A DNA stretch of 64,000 nt from Octopus sinensis (GCF_006345805.1 NC_042997.1:101184001-101248000); one strand, 5' to 3'; counted from the stretch's first letter, positions 39,719 through 51,417 are shown. Notes: generated from the sequence alone by a model not told the origin. Numbers and translations: made by a program.

Positions 39719-41909
39719 GCTAGTTCAGCTGCTCAATGGAATTATGAGAGACCCAAAGAAAACACCTGAATGGTTAGCAAGTGGCGTTACTTACCTACTC
39801 CCAAAGAATAACGAAACCAACCTTCCAAAAAACTATCGGCCTATAACCTGTCTATCCACCACGTATAAAATCCTAACATCTATCCTGGCGGAGAAAACAT
39901 ATGCATTCATGGAGAAGAACGATATTTTCCCCATTGAACAAAAAGGGTGCCGCCGAGGCTCTTACGGATGCAAAGATCAACTGCTAATCAATCGTATGAT
40001 CCTTGAGAACTGTCACAACAAGCGCAGAAATCTCAGCACCGCATGGATTGACTATAAAAAGGCCTTCGACAGTATACCGCATCCATGGATCTTGAGATCG
40101 CTGGACATCTTCAAAATTTCCCCTGTGATTTCAAACTTCCTGAAGCACAATATGTCGTTGTGGAATACGAATCTCCAATTATACCACTCTAATGGAGTAC
40201 TTGCCTCAGAAAATATAAACATCAACTGTGGAATTTTTCAAGGTGACTCACTTTCACCTTTAATATTCTGCATAGCCTTAATACCCCTTACAAGTGAATT
40301 AAACAGAACAGGGTATGGGTATAAAATTGCCAATAAAAAAATAAGCCATCTATTTTATATGGATGACTTAAAACTTTATGGTAAAGACAATAATGAACTT
40401 GAAGGCCTATTGCGCACCGTGAAAGCATTCAGCGATGACATCGGGATGGAGTTTGGACTTGAGAAGTGTGCCAAGGCCACTTTCCAGAAAGGGAAAGTGA
40501 AGACCACAAATTCAGTCGTGTTAGATGTTGACACAGTCATAAGAGAGCTTAAGCAAGAACAAACATACAAATATTTAGGGATAAATGAAGGCTCTGGTAT
40601 TCAGCATGCAAGCATGAAAGAGAAAATCAGGAAGGAATGTTATAGGAGAGTTCGTGCAGTCCTGAAATCTGAACTAAATGCACGTAACAAGGTGTTAGCT
40701 ATAAATTCCCTAGCAGTTCCAGTTGTTACTTATAGCTACAATGTGTTGAACTGGAATATGAGTGAAGTAAAGAATATAGATAGAAAAATACGCAAGCTGC
40801 TGAGTTGTAATAGGATGCACCACCCAAAGGCAGACGTAGATCGCCTTTACCTTCCCAGAGCCCAAGGAGGTCGAGGCCTGATCTAATTTGAGCTAGCTTA
40901 CAAAACAACCACAATTGGACTGGCCAAATATCTCGAAATATCGAATGACTGGATGCTAAAGCTCGTGGAAAATCACGAGAGACGAAAGAAGCTTCATTCT
41001 ATCATCAAGGAAAGCAAAAAATTTGCTATTGATCTCGTGCAGGATACCCAAACTGAACAACCCGAGGGAAGTACGGCAACTATTGTTGCAAAGAAGGTGA
41101 AAATGATGGCAATGAAAAAAGCGCACGAGCAATTGGCTGATAGGTGGGAGGAGAAACCTCTGCACGGCAAATATGTGACCCGCAGCAAACAAGCTGATGT
41201 TGACCAGAAGCAAACCCATCAGTGGCTACGGAGCTCAGGGCTAAAAGCAGAGAGCGAAGGTTTCATCCTGGCTGCTCAAGACCAAAGCCTATCAACCCGG
41301 AACTACCAGGCCAATGTGATGAAAAATGGAGCAGACCCAAAATGCCGATTCTGCAACGACATGATTGAAACAGTGAACCACCTAATCTCTGGATGTAAAG
41401 TCTTAGCACCAGTGGAGTATAAATTAAGACATGACAGAGTTGGCCAATATCTCCACTGGCTAATAAGTCGGCATTACAATATCAAAACTGCCGACAAGTG
41501 GTATAATCACCACCCTGAGGCTGTAACTGAAGGAGAAAATGTAACCATTCTGTGGGACTTTCCAGTACATACAGACGGAACCATCAAGGCCAATAAACCA
41601 GATATTGTTGTGAAAGACCAAAACAATAAAGTTTGCTTATTGATCGACATGAGCATCCCCTGTGATCATAATATCTCAGCGAAAGAGTTTGACAAGCTCA
41701 GAAAATATAAAGACCTACTCATTGAAATTGAGAAAATGTGGCATCTCAAGGCGGTTACAATACCAGTGATCGTAGGAGCACTAGGAATGATCAAGAAGGG
41801 AACCGAAAATTATATGAGAATGATCCCTGGCTTACCATCCCTGCAAGAAGTGCAAAAGATTGTCTTAACTGGTACATCACACGTATTGAGAAGAGCATTG
41901 TCGATGTGA
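39718..41909 (+). pseudogene. RT - CCHC zinc knuckle - restriction-like endonuclease ORF with one in-frame TAA (40884-40886)
   Basis: ORFs 39513-40886 and 40953-41909 share a frame; YRPITCLS, EQKGC, WIDYKKAFDS, GIFQGDSLSPL, YMDDLKLY, YKYLG, CRFC..ETVNHLISGC, RHDRV, KPDIVV..LIDMSIP..K..KY; residues encoded before 39718 come from the upstream repeat and microsatellite. Confidence 0.95.
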
Positions 41910-42092
41910 GAACTGTTGCTGCTCATGTATTTTAATTTAACTTTAAAAAAAAAAAAAAAAAAAAAAAAAATTAACGAACTACTGAGTTTGGTTTAATGGC
42001 CTACCAATATACACTATGAGTTTCTTTGCCCTAGGAGTCGGGAAGACACTCGGCAAGAAATGGAAGAAAATTTGAAAGAAGAAAAAAAAAAG
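39718..42092 (+). mobile_element. Young 5'-truncated R4/Dong-like RLE LINE (family A) embedded in (AAT)n
   Basis: Coding region plus 3' UTR, with (AAT)n at 39618-39717 and from 42093 onward. Confidence 0.95.
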
Positions 42093-42124
42093 TAATAATA
42101 ATAATAATAATAATTAATAATAAT

Positions 42125-42590
42125 GCAAAAATCCTATGAGATTTTATGATTCAGTGCGACCATGAGATTGAGAATAGGAAGCCGAACATAGTCTTAATCG
42201 AGAAAGAAAACAAGCTATGCTGGATCATTGACATACCATGCCCAGCTGACAAAAAAGTATGAGATAAAGAAGAAAGAAAAGTCGAGAGATATGACAGGTT
42301 AGCTTGGGAAGCTAAGCAGTTGTGGTCGATAAAAAAGGTAGTAGTAGTACCAATAATTATTGGAGCCCTGGGATCAGTGAGCAAAAATCTCGAGAAGTAC
42401 ATGGAACAAATGGGGGCTGCAATAAGGGTGGGGCACTTACAGAAAACTACTGCTTGGAAGGTGCTCGAAAAATAAGAGGAGTTACCTTAGTTCACTGGTA
42501 GTGAACAGCTGACACTGTAGTACTCCTCCAGCGTTAGAAGCTGTGCAAAGACAGCAACAACAACAACCACAACAATAATAATAATAATAA
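42125..42590 (+). mobile_element. 5'-truncated R4/Dong-like 3' end (family B) with (CAA)/(AAT) tail
   Basis: DFMIQCDHEIENRKP.IVLIEK..CWIIDI.CPAD..RYDRLAWE..VPIIIGALG; UTR hairpin gttcact-ggt-agtgaac; same family as 60800-62265. Confidence 0.85.
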
Positions 42591-42591
42591 T

Positions 42592-44360
42592 GTAAATGAA
42601 GCTGGACCTTTAAGGGACGGCCTCTCGCTCGGCAGTGGTTCAGTACAGATGCAGACTGACCACAGCTGTTATCCTAACATAGCATCATCAGTTAATGAGT
42701 GAAGAGAGGAAGTGGTGTCCAGCAAAGAAAGCAGGATAGAGATGCAGTGCTACTTAGAAAGTGAACCTACAAGAAGGGGCTATAGAAAACTGATGTTAAC
42801 ACTTTGGGTAGAGAATGGTATGTTTAAAGTGATTTAGCAGAGATTAGTAGATCAAGCTAATGAAAAAAAAAGAGCAAATGTGGAAAAGGAGACTACAAAA
42901 TAAAGTTAAGACTTTAAGAGAAGATCTGAGTAGAATAGAAGCCAGGAAACTGAACAAGTCAAGAAGCACAAGAGGCAAATCTTCTCTTCAGAAAAGATAT
43001 TTAATCAATGAGAAAGGATTTGGGATAGTCATAGAAGAGTTGAAACAGCTTATCATAGCAGTAGCAGGCAGGCTTTCCAGATATCAAAAAGGAATAGACC
43101 AGTATTAGCAGAATAGATTATTTAAGACAGACCAGAGGAGATTTTTATAACCAAATAAATAGAAGAGAACGAAGTAATGAAAATGAGAAACCCAATGCAG
43201 AAGCTAGATAGTTCTGGAGTAATAACTGGGATGAACCAGTCATCCATAATGGTGGTGCAGTATGGTTAAAGAAAGTGAGGGAAGAGTTAGTGAGTGAGAA
43301 GTAAACAAGTCTAAGATTAACTAGTGCATTAATGAGTAAAGTGTTAGGAAAAATGCTGAATTAGAAGGGCCCAGGACCAGATTTAGTTCGCGAGAACTGG
43401 CTAAAGAAATTTAGTAGTCTATATGAGTGGCTAGGGTGCAACTGCCTTAATGGAGGAATAATACCAGATTGGATGACTAGAGGAAGGACAATACTCCTTA
43501 TGAAATCGTAAGAGTAAGGGTAAGAAGCTGGAAGAACGCTAGAGGAACGTATGATCTATTATACATAGACAAAGCAGTTCTAAATGAAGTAAAAGCTAGA
43601 AAGAAAAATCTAACAACAGCATGGATAAATTATAGGAAAGCCTATGACATGATCCCACACTTATGGATAAGTGAATGTTTGAGTATATTCAGCGTAGCAG
43701 ACAAGGTAAGAGAATTAATTAGCTGTAGCATGGAGGAATGGAAAGTAGATCTCTACTCAGGTGATACACTCTTACGGAAAGTTAATATTGAGAGGAATTT
43801 ACCAGAGGGACTCGTTGTCCCCTTTAATATTTGTCTTATGTTTGATCCTCATCAGTTTAGTATTAAACAAACCAAAGGATATCAGTTCAGAAATAGTAAT
43901 GGAAAAATTAACCATTTGTTCTACAAGAATGATCTGAAGCTTTTTAGTAAGAATGAAAAAGAGATAGATTCCTTAATACGAACTGTAAACTCTTCAGCAA
44001 AGATATAGGCATGGAATTTCTCATAGATAAGTGTGCAATATTGGTCATGAAAATAGGACAGGTAGTCAACAGCGAAGGCATCCAATTATCAGATGGCTAG
44101 ACGTTCAAATCACTGAGAGGAGGGGAGAGTTATAAGTATCTAGGAGTATTAGAATTTGAAAGAGTACTAACTATAGAAATGAAAACGAAAATGAGGAGTA
44201 CATCAGAAGGGTGAGGAAGCTAATGAAGATTTGAACAGGTTTGATAGAGGAAATAGACATAAAACCTAGTTTAGTACAGCTGCAGAAAACAGTGTTATTC
44301 GGAATAGTTAGGATACTTAGGTGGGTTCTTGGCATCTAAGGTTACTTCTTGTAGCCCGAA
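42592..44360 (+). mobile_element. Internally deleted R4/Dong-like LINE (family C) retaining N-terminal ORF sequence
   Basis: MQCYLESEPTRRGYRKLM..QRLVDQ, RYQKGID, KGPGPDLV, long collinearity with 37.2-37.9 kb, then a jump to the 3' end at ~44225. Confidence 0.85.
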
Positions 44361-44402
44361 TTTAGGATTTTTTTGATTTCCAACAATCTAATATGTTGTG
44401 TG

Positions 44403-44404
<2 letters not shown>

Positions 44405-44466
<62 letters not shown>

Positions 44467-44680
44467 CAACAACAACAATCTTTTCTACTATAAGCACAAA
44501 TCCTGAAATTTGGTGGGTAGGTGACGTTAAGTCGATTACATGGATTGCAGTGGTCATGTGATATTTATTTTATCGACCCCAAAGGAATGAAAAGCAAAGT
44601 CGATCTCGGCGGAATTTGAAGTCAGAATGTAAGGACAGATGAAATACTGCTAAGCATGTTGTCCGGTGTAACAGCATTTC
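44405..44680 (-). mobile_element. (AAT)n tract followed by a tRNA-SINE (tail A)
   Basis: SINE 44478-44680 is the reverse complement of the consensus. Confidence 0.85.
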
Positions 44681-44709
44681 TTTCGTTTTTGCCTGTAATC
44701 CTTTCCTTG

Positions 44710-44860
44710 TCGATGAAACAATTACCAGTTATGCACCGGGATCAACGTTATCAACTATCAATTGCAAGAATGTGGACTATGAGGAAAGTGACTGTTATCC
44801 CAGTAGTTTTAGGGGCACTCGGAGCACTAACAACCAAGTTCGAAAAGAATGTTTGTTAAA
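44710..44860 (+). mobile_element. Short R4/Dong-like C-terminal fragment
   Basis: IARMWTMRKVTVIPVVLGALGALTTKFEK. Confidence 0.65.
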
Positions 44861-45061
44861 TGAATATTTTTGATAAGATGAAAATTTTTTAATATACCGG
44901 TATAATTTTTTTTTAAATTAGGAAGTGATTTTGTTGTTATGGCTATTTGGAATGCTATAAGCTTTACGATTTTTAAAACTTAAAAATCAAGGGAGGAGCC
45001 TTTTCGTAAAAAAAAAAAATGTAAATATTTTCAGCGGAAAAAGTGAACAATTCAAGGAAAG

Positions 45062-45216
45062 ATTGGCTGTGTGGTAAGTAGCTTGTTTACCAACCACATG
45101 GTAAGGGGTTCAATCCCACTGCGTGGCACCTTGGGCAAGTGTTTCTACTATTGCCTCGGGCCGACCAAAGTCTTGTGAGTGGATTTGGTAGGCGGAAAAC
45201 TGGAAGAAGCCCGTCG

Positions 45217-45240
<24 letters not shown>
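45062..45240 (+). mobile_element. 5' half of CORE-like SINE
   Basis: ggctgtgtggtaagtagcttg...gtggcaccttgggcaagtg...gtggatttggtag matches 53740-53895. Confidence 0.85.
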
Positions 45241-45249
<9 letters not shown>

Positions 45250-45254
45250 AGAGG

Positions 45255-45399
45255 GGCCCTGTGAGTCTACCTGATAGATGGAAGAGCATTTTAGAAAATG
45301 AAGGAGAGCATATTTTAGATTTAAAAAAGGATTATGTTCATCTTAATTATTTATGGGACGACCCTACGTGTGTGTGTGTATTTATGGGATGACCCAATA
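45255..45399 (+). mobile_element. mariner 3' end with two TIR copies
   Basis: SLPDRWKSILENEGEHILD (mariner C-terminus); TIR-like tatttatggga(c/t)gaccc at ~45348-45366 and 45379-45399, same as 53179-53201. Confidence 0.65.
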
Positions 45400-45486
45400 T
45401 TTCAACACTTCTTAACATTCACTTGCCCTAGAGCGCTGGGTTTTTCGGCAAATGATTACAACAGGTAGATTAAAAGTAAACAACAA

Positions 45487-45525
<39 letters not shown>

Positions 45526-45537
45526 CAATAATAATAA

Positions 45538-45764
45538 TCCTTACTACTAAAGGCACAAGGCCTGAAATTTGGTGGGGGGGATAAGTCGATTACATCGACT
45601 CCAATATTTCACTGGAACTTAATTTATCGACCCCGAAAGGCAAAGTCGAACTTGGCAGAATTTGACCACAGAAGGTGTAGACGGAGGAAATACCACTGAT
45701 CATAATAATAGTTATTATCATTATTATTATTATTATTATTTTTACTATTCTTCTTCTTCTTCTT

Positions 45765-45795
<31 letters not shown>

Positions 45796-45804
45796 TTATT
45801 ATTA

Positions 45805-45843
<39 letters not shown>

Positions 45844-45965
45844 CATTATTATTATCTAATTTACACACAAATTTTGCAATATTTTAGTGGAGGGGCGCTG
45901 GTCGGTTCCATCATCTCCAATACTTGACATCGGTTCATCCAAAGGATGAAAGGCAAAATTAGGCT
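45538..45965 (-). mobile_element. Two tRNA-SINE copies separated by (ATT)/(CTT) microsatellite
   Basis: SINE motifs at 45538-45700 and 45870-45965. Confidence 0.75.
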
Positions 45966-46756
45966 CTTAGATAAAACCATTTATCAGAACGCTCCAATGA
46001 TTTTGCTTATCCATCAACAAAGGCGATCTGCTTAAATCTATACAGCAAAAGATAATGGGTTGTCTTTTTTCAGAAAATAGACGAAGATAACGGCATTTCG
46101 CTTTTCGATCGAACACTGGCGGACACTGGCAAACGCCACTGTCTGAATTCGTACAAAGGCACGACTTTGGTAAGCGTAAAAACATTCATGTAATCGCTAG
46201 ATCAGTGGTTCCCATGGAATCTTTATATTTTCCTCATCCCCAAATACAATAAACACATGCACGATACTCTCGTCTGTTTACATGATGAGAAACGTGTTTC
46301 ACAGACAGCACTATCGGCGAACACCAGAAAACACCACTATGAATTCGTACAGAGGCGTGACTTCGGTAAGCTTAAAAACATTTAGTTAATCGCCAGATCG
46401 ATGGTTCCCCAACTTTTTGCTGCAGAATCCTTAGATATTTTTTAAAACTCATAACTTTCAGGGAACCCTGGGGTTTTACAGAACACACCTTAAGAGATCC
46501 CTGCTCCAGATTAACAACACCATTTTTTGGACATTTACTGGTAACTGCACAAGACATCCTGCAACTTTTTTGGAACACGCCGACTAGGTATCAGCTGCAT
46601 GCACCGTATTACGGCAGGTAGTGGCATGCCGGAACCGGGTAGATATGTTACCGGTGGTAATATAACATAATTATGAGATAATAATTGATTTCATTCAGCT
46701 TGTCTGTTAAGTTTGACGGATACAAATAAAATAGGACGTGTAAACATTTATAAAAG

Positions 46757-47152
46757 ACTAGCAGTATCGCCCGGCGTTGCTCGGGTTTGTAAGGGAAATA
46801 ACTATATAAGCATTTTTAGAGAGTTATAGCCAAAAGTAGCATAAAAGTGCATTAAAAATGGAAAAAAATTATGGTAATTTTTTTTTTAAATCGTTGACTC
46901 ATCGTAGACATTTTAGAGAGTTACTTCCCTTATATAATAGCGAAAAAATGCATTAAAATGGAAAAAATGATGGTAAATTATTTTTTAAATCGTAGACTCA
47001 TCGTAGACGCGCGCTAATACCCAGAAGGGCTCGATATGAATCACGACTATAAGATACCCGGTTTTGGTTACACTGCACCGCAAAATGTGGGAGTAGTTAG
47101 AAATCTAAATCGTAGGAGACAGACACACAACTTCACTTTTATATATAAAGAT
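46757..47152 (+). mobile_element. Non-autonomous Helitron/Helentron-like (Lep1/HINE-type) element with an internal duplication
   Basis: Starts actagcagtatcgcccggcgttgctcggg, ends acagacacacaacttcacttttatatataaagat; ~100-bp internal unit duplicated (ttttagagagtta...actcatcgtagac). Confidence 0.6.
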
Positions 47153-48324
47153 ATGCGATCTTGTTTATGAGTTTTGTTATTTACTAGGATGTGTGTTTTC
47201 ATGCATAGAATTGGTAATATTCCACTAATTCATTGTTCTTTGTTTTTATTCGTCTAGAGATCAGTTGGGCTTTTACTGCTGACACGGTACATCGGATTCT
47301 AGCTTGAATTTCAACCCCTCAAAAGTAGTATCCATGTCGAATCTATAAATTCGACCTTAAAAAATAGTCTAAAAAATTCGACTTTTACTCGGTTTGTTTG
47401 CATAGCTTCATGTACAATTGAATACTAACATTATTATGTCTCTCATAGTAAATTTACTTCCTCAGTGGTTAGTCTTTAGTATAGAACTCATATGATGTCA
47501 CACTCAAAAACCATAAATTTTATTTCATAATAATTGCTGTTTCATTTCTGTTTTATTATCAACTGAAGTTTATGCTTTCCCTCTCTTATTTTACTTCATT
47601 CATTTTTCCATAGGAGATACTCTTCATATGTCCTACTTAGACATAAGAAGTTTGGTAATTTGCTATAAATATCATTTATTTTACATTAAATGTATATTTA
47701 TTCCTTTTCTACATAAGTCTTAACGCTCATTTGTTTTTTAATATATCATAAAACTGTTTCCGCATATATTCACTAACATCGCTTAACAGGTCTCCAAATA
47801 TTTTTTCTAAAGCTTCAAATAAGCAATCAATAGTAAAAGGCCTTAGGTATCATTGTATTTGAAGTTACCTTCAAATCATTTTATTTTATACTAATAGGCA
47901 ATAAGTCACATATCTTCTCCAAACTTGTAACAGGTTTCTGAAGACATACTTCTTTTAACACATACAATGCTCAACTTAAGATTTCATTAATCGTGTTAAG
48001 AGCATGCGAATTACTTCTAAAGGATATCTCATATAGAAGTTTAATCAACAACCAATTTTCACAATCCTAAATTTCTTCTGTTTGGGTGTAGTTTTTAATT
48101 AGATAATTATCATTTCACTAAATTACATAAATGGATTCTGTCACAATTCCCATACAAGACTTAACTCCGCCTTCTTTGAGTATTTCCTTCACAGTTATAT
48201 ATATATATATATATGCATGTATGTATATGTGTGTATGCGTATGATGTGTGTGGCTTGTGTGTATATTTATGCATATAAAAACATATATGAACATACACAC
48301 ACAGGCGCGCGCGCACGCACACAC

Positions 48325-48356
<32 letters not shown>

Positions 48357-48541
48357 GCACACACATAGAATGCGTATTATGAGAAATAGTTTTATCTTCT
48401 TCATCAATACTTTGCAAAAAAAATAGAGGAAGAGAAAATCTGAGAAATCTGAGAAACTGGGATACTTTTGCCTGTACTTTCATATCCGTACTTTAATCAT
48501 TATATTCATTATACACGATATACACCATATAATGTTTCTGG

Positions 48542-48542
<1 letters not shown>

Positions 48543-48629
<87 letters not shown>

Positions 48630-48657
48630 GTCTATCTATCTATCTATCTATCTATAT
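48543..48657. repeat. (TATC)n microsatellite
   Basis: Direct reading. Confidence 0.95.
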
Positions 48658-49108
48658 GCGATCATTAAATATTTGTTTAATTGCATGTATGTGTGTGTGA
48701 ATGTACTTGTAATTTTTCTCTTACGCGTGTGATATTAGACACGCAACAATGTTAAAGTTTCATCATTTTCATTATCAAAGATTAATCCTGTTTCCTTACT
48801 CCTATAAAATGGTGAAGCCGGCAAGGTTTTGAAATGGTGATGCATTGAAAGATTTTGAAATTTGTTGTTCCCAGTAAAGCAATAGAGATGGAGACCGAAA
48901 ATCGTTGATAAAAATAATTAAAGCACAAACACAGGCGTACCTTTAATGGACATACATATATACAAACATGCATGCATATATACATACACACGCATGCGCA
49001 TACATGTAAGATCTTTTTGGTTGTCTCCACCTTATCTAATAATTGCATACGTATTATTTTTGCATTCGTATGTAGTGTGCTCCATTCTATCTAACCATAT
49101 GTATGGGT

Positions 49109-49145
<37 letters not shown>

Positions 49146-49401
49146 GTGCGTATATATATATGTGTGTGTGTATATATATATGTGTGTGTGTGTATTATGT
49201 ATGTATATATATATATTTACATATATATAAAATACAGATGAACACACACACATGCATACGCACACATACACACACACACACCATTATATATATATGTATG
49301 TATGTATATGTTTGTATGTATAAGAGTTTAATGTGTGTGGATTTATAAATGTACGTATATATATACACATGTATATACGTATTTATGTGCGTGTATGTTT
49401 G

Positions 49402-49488
<87 letters not shown>

Positions 49489-49720
49489 GTGTATTTTCAT
49501 ATGTGTATACTGTAAAGTTTCAAGTTAACCGATGCCACAGATTCCGTCTACCGGCTTGTTTAATTATTTGTGATATTTGAACAAAATTATGGGCATAATT
49601 TGAACTCTCACTGAACTTAAACTTTACATAGCTTTGGCTCTATTCCCAATACTGAGCCATCACTTTGTTATTCTCAGCAATGTTATTCCTAAAATTATAA
49701 CCTTATATGTGATACACATA

Positions 49721-49762
49721 CAGTCTGACGAAGACAAGTAAACAGAAACTTCGAAGTCATTG
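49721..49762 (+). ncRNA. Degenerate minimal type I hammerhead motif
   Basis: cagt-CUGACGA-agacaagtaaaca-GAAA-cttcgaag-UC-attg; perfect palindromic stem III ACUUCGAAGU, GUC site, 4-bp stem I, but stem II does not pair. Confidence 0.45.
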
Positions 49763-50052
49763 CCAACCTTTCTCTTGTAATAGCTTAATGAATTTATACT
49801 CTGCTAAAATGTATTGAGTTATGCCACACATTAATTTTAAATATATATGTAATTATGGTATGTGTATGTGTGAGTGCGCGCATGTATTGCTTCGTTGTCA
49901 GGAGGAAAGATAATGTTCACAGCCTCTTATTAGGCCTCCGAGAGTGAGAAGAGTGGGTAAAAAAGGTATCCTAACCCGGAGCCTTGAATCAATACCGTTT
50001 GCATAAATTTCGTAGACGGAAACAGTGTGGAAACCTGTCATATATATATATG

Positions 50053-50708
50053 ATCAAAAGGTAGCAGAAGAAATGGCAGATAGTTATGTGCAGACCCTTC
50101 TGAAGTTCCAAGTGTTATGCATGCAAAATTTCCTGCGTCATAGTTTTAGAGGTTGTCAGCAATGAAGGATATGTGATGCCTCCTTACTTCTTTCCACAGG
50201 CCTTAGAGTTAACTCTGTCGCCTACATTGAGGTCCTGGAAATAAGCCCTGGATAGACAATGTATGCAATAGAAGGCCATATGTTTTTCTGTAAGACTCTG
50301 CACTATCATACATGGCTCTAGTAACACAGGTATGGGTAGTTGAAAATTTTCATGATCACATAATCCCTAATATTTGGCCTCCTAATTCCCCAGATCTGAA
50401 TTCATTGGACTATTACATGTAGATCATTGTTGAGAGAGTGGGCAATAAACACGCCCCTAACACCAAAGATTCTATGAAAGCTGCCATTGTCAGAGTAATG
50501 TCCAAAATGAACCAGGACCACTTGATTCGAGTATGTAGATAACTTAGATCTCATATACAAGCAGTTGTTGAAGCTGAAGGTGGCTTTATTGAATAACATT
50601 ATAGGAAAGAAATTTTATTTTTATCCTCATAGCATTTTTTGATAAATAAAGTTATTATATATGTATTTTTTATAAACATAAATGTCCTCAAATATTTTAC
50701 GCACCCTG
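50053..50708 (+). mobile_element. maT (DD37D) Tc1/mariner transposase 3' remnant with right TIR
   Basis: VVSNEGYVMPPYFF, KPWIDNVC..PYVF.DSA, IWPPNSPDLNSLDY, AVVEAEGGFIE*; ends cgcaccctg followed by TA. Confidence 0.8.
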
Positions 50709-50980
50709 TATATATATAAATTTAAATAATGAGCGTGATAAATTGAATATTAATTTAATTAATATCAATTTATAACCAGTAGCCTAGCATACAGAAAAAT
50801 CTGAAAATTCGATTATATAACAGATTCGTATAATATGAATAACCACTAAGTGGACATCCAATATGCTAGAAGAAGATCACCTACGATCTAACTACAAAGA
50901 AAAGAATGTTCTCTAGAGAAATTCAGCAAACACCAGAACATAAGTGGGTAAGACATGAAAATATACAAAATACAGAATTA

Positions 50981-51036
50981 ATCGTAGACCGATTTCGCCA
51001 TCAACGATTTTACTTACGTGGTCTCTTCAGTACGAT
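50981..51036 (-). ncRNA. Type I hammerhead ribozyme motif, intact core
   Basis: Minus strand atcgta-CUGAAGA-gacca(18 nt)tggc-GAAA-tcgg-UC-tacgat; 6-bp stem I, G-C closing pair of stem II, stem III AUCGGU self-complementary with G.U wobbles. Confidence 0.7.
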
Positions 51037-51223
51037 CGTTCCAATTCAATTTGTAGAACTATACACTAGTTGTCTTTGTAAAGTTAGATGTGTATATAGT
51101 TCTACCGAATCGGTAGAACTATATACAATATAATATATATAATATATACATAATATTTATATATAATATAAAACATATTATATATACATGTGTGTGTGTG
51201 TGTGTGTGTGTGTGCGTGCGTGT

Positions 51224-51283
<60 letters not shown>

Positions 51284-51296
51284 GTGTGTATGTGTG

Positions 51297-51417
51297 TGAC
51301 AGAAGGTAGAAAAATAGTACTCGAATACCGGAGGTAGAGAAATATGATTTATTAATAAAGTTGCAAAGACATCACAAAATCTGTTACTCAGAGTTTCACG
51401 TTCCCGTTCATGAGATA
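51297..51417 (-). ncRNA. Penelope-like terminus with a mutated minimal hammerhead (51381-51417)
   Basis: Minus strand ctat-CUCAUGA-acg ggaa cgt-GAAA-ctctgag-UA-acag; stems II and III perfect, core G5 changed to C, one stem I mismatch. Confidence 0.55.

Noticed and set aside
42068-42078. aaaatttgaaa shared by the family A LINE 3' end and SINE tail B
   Set aside because: An 11-nt AT-rich match is expected by chance in this composition and is not enough to assign a LINE-SINE pair.
42601-42665. HDV-like ribozyme at the 5' end of the family C LINE (GCTGGACC/GGTTCAGT pairing with G.U start, gcc-tctcgctc-ggc hairpin)
   Set aside because: There are four extra nucleotides between P3 and P1, no P1.1 GG, no convincing P2 or J4/2, and a competing hairpin gtggttcagt/actgaccac; it could only be revisited with a family consensus.
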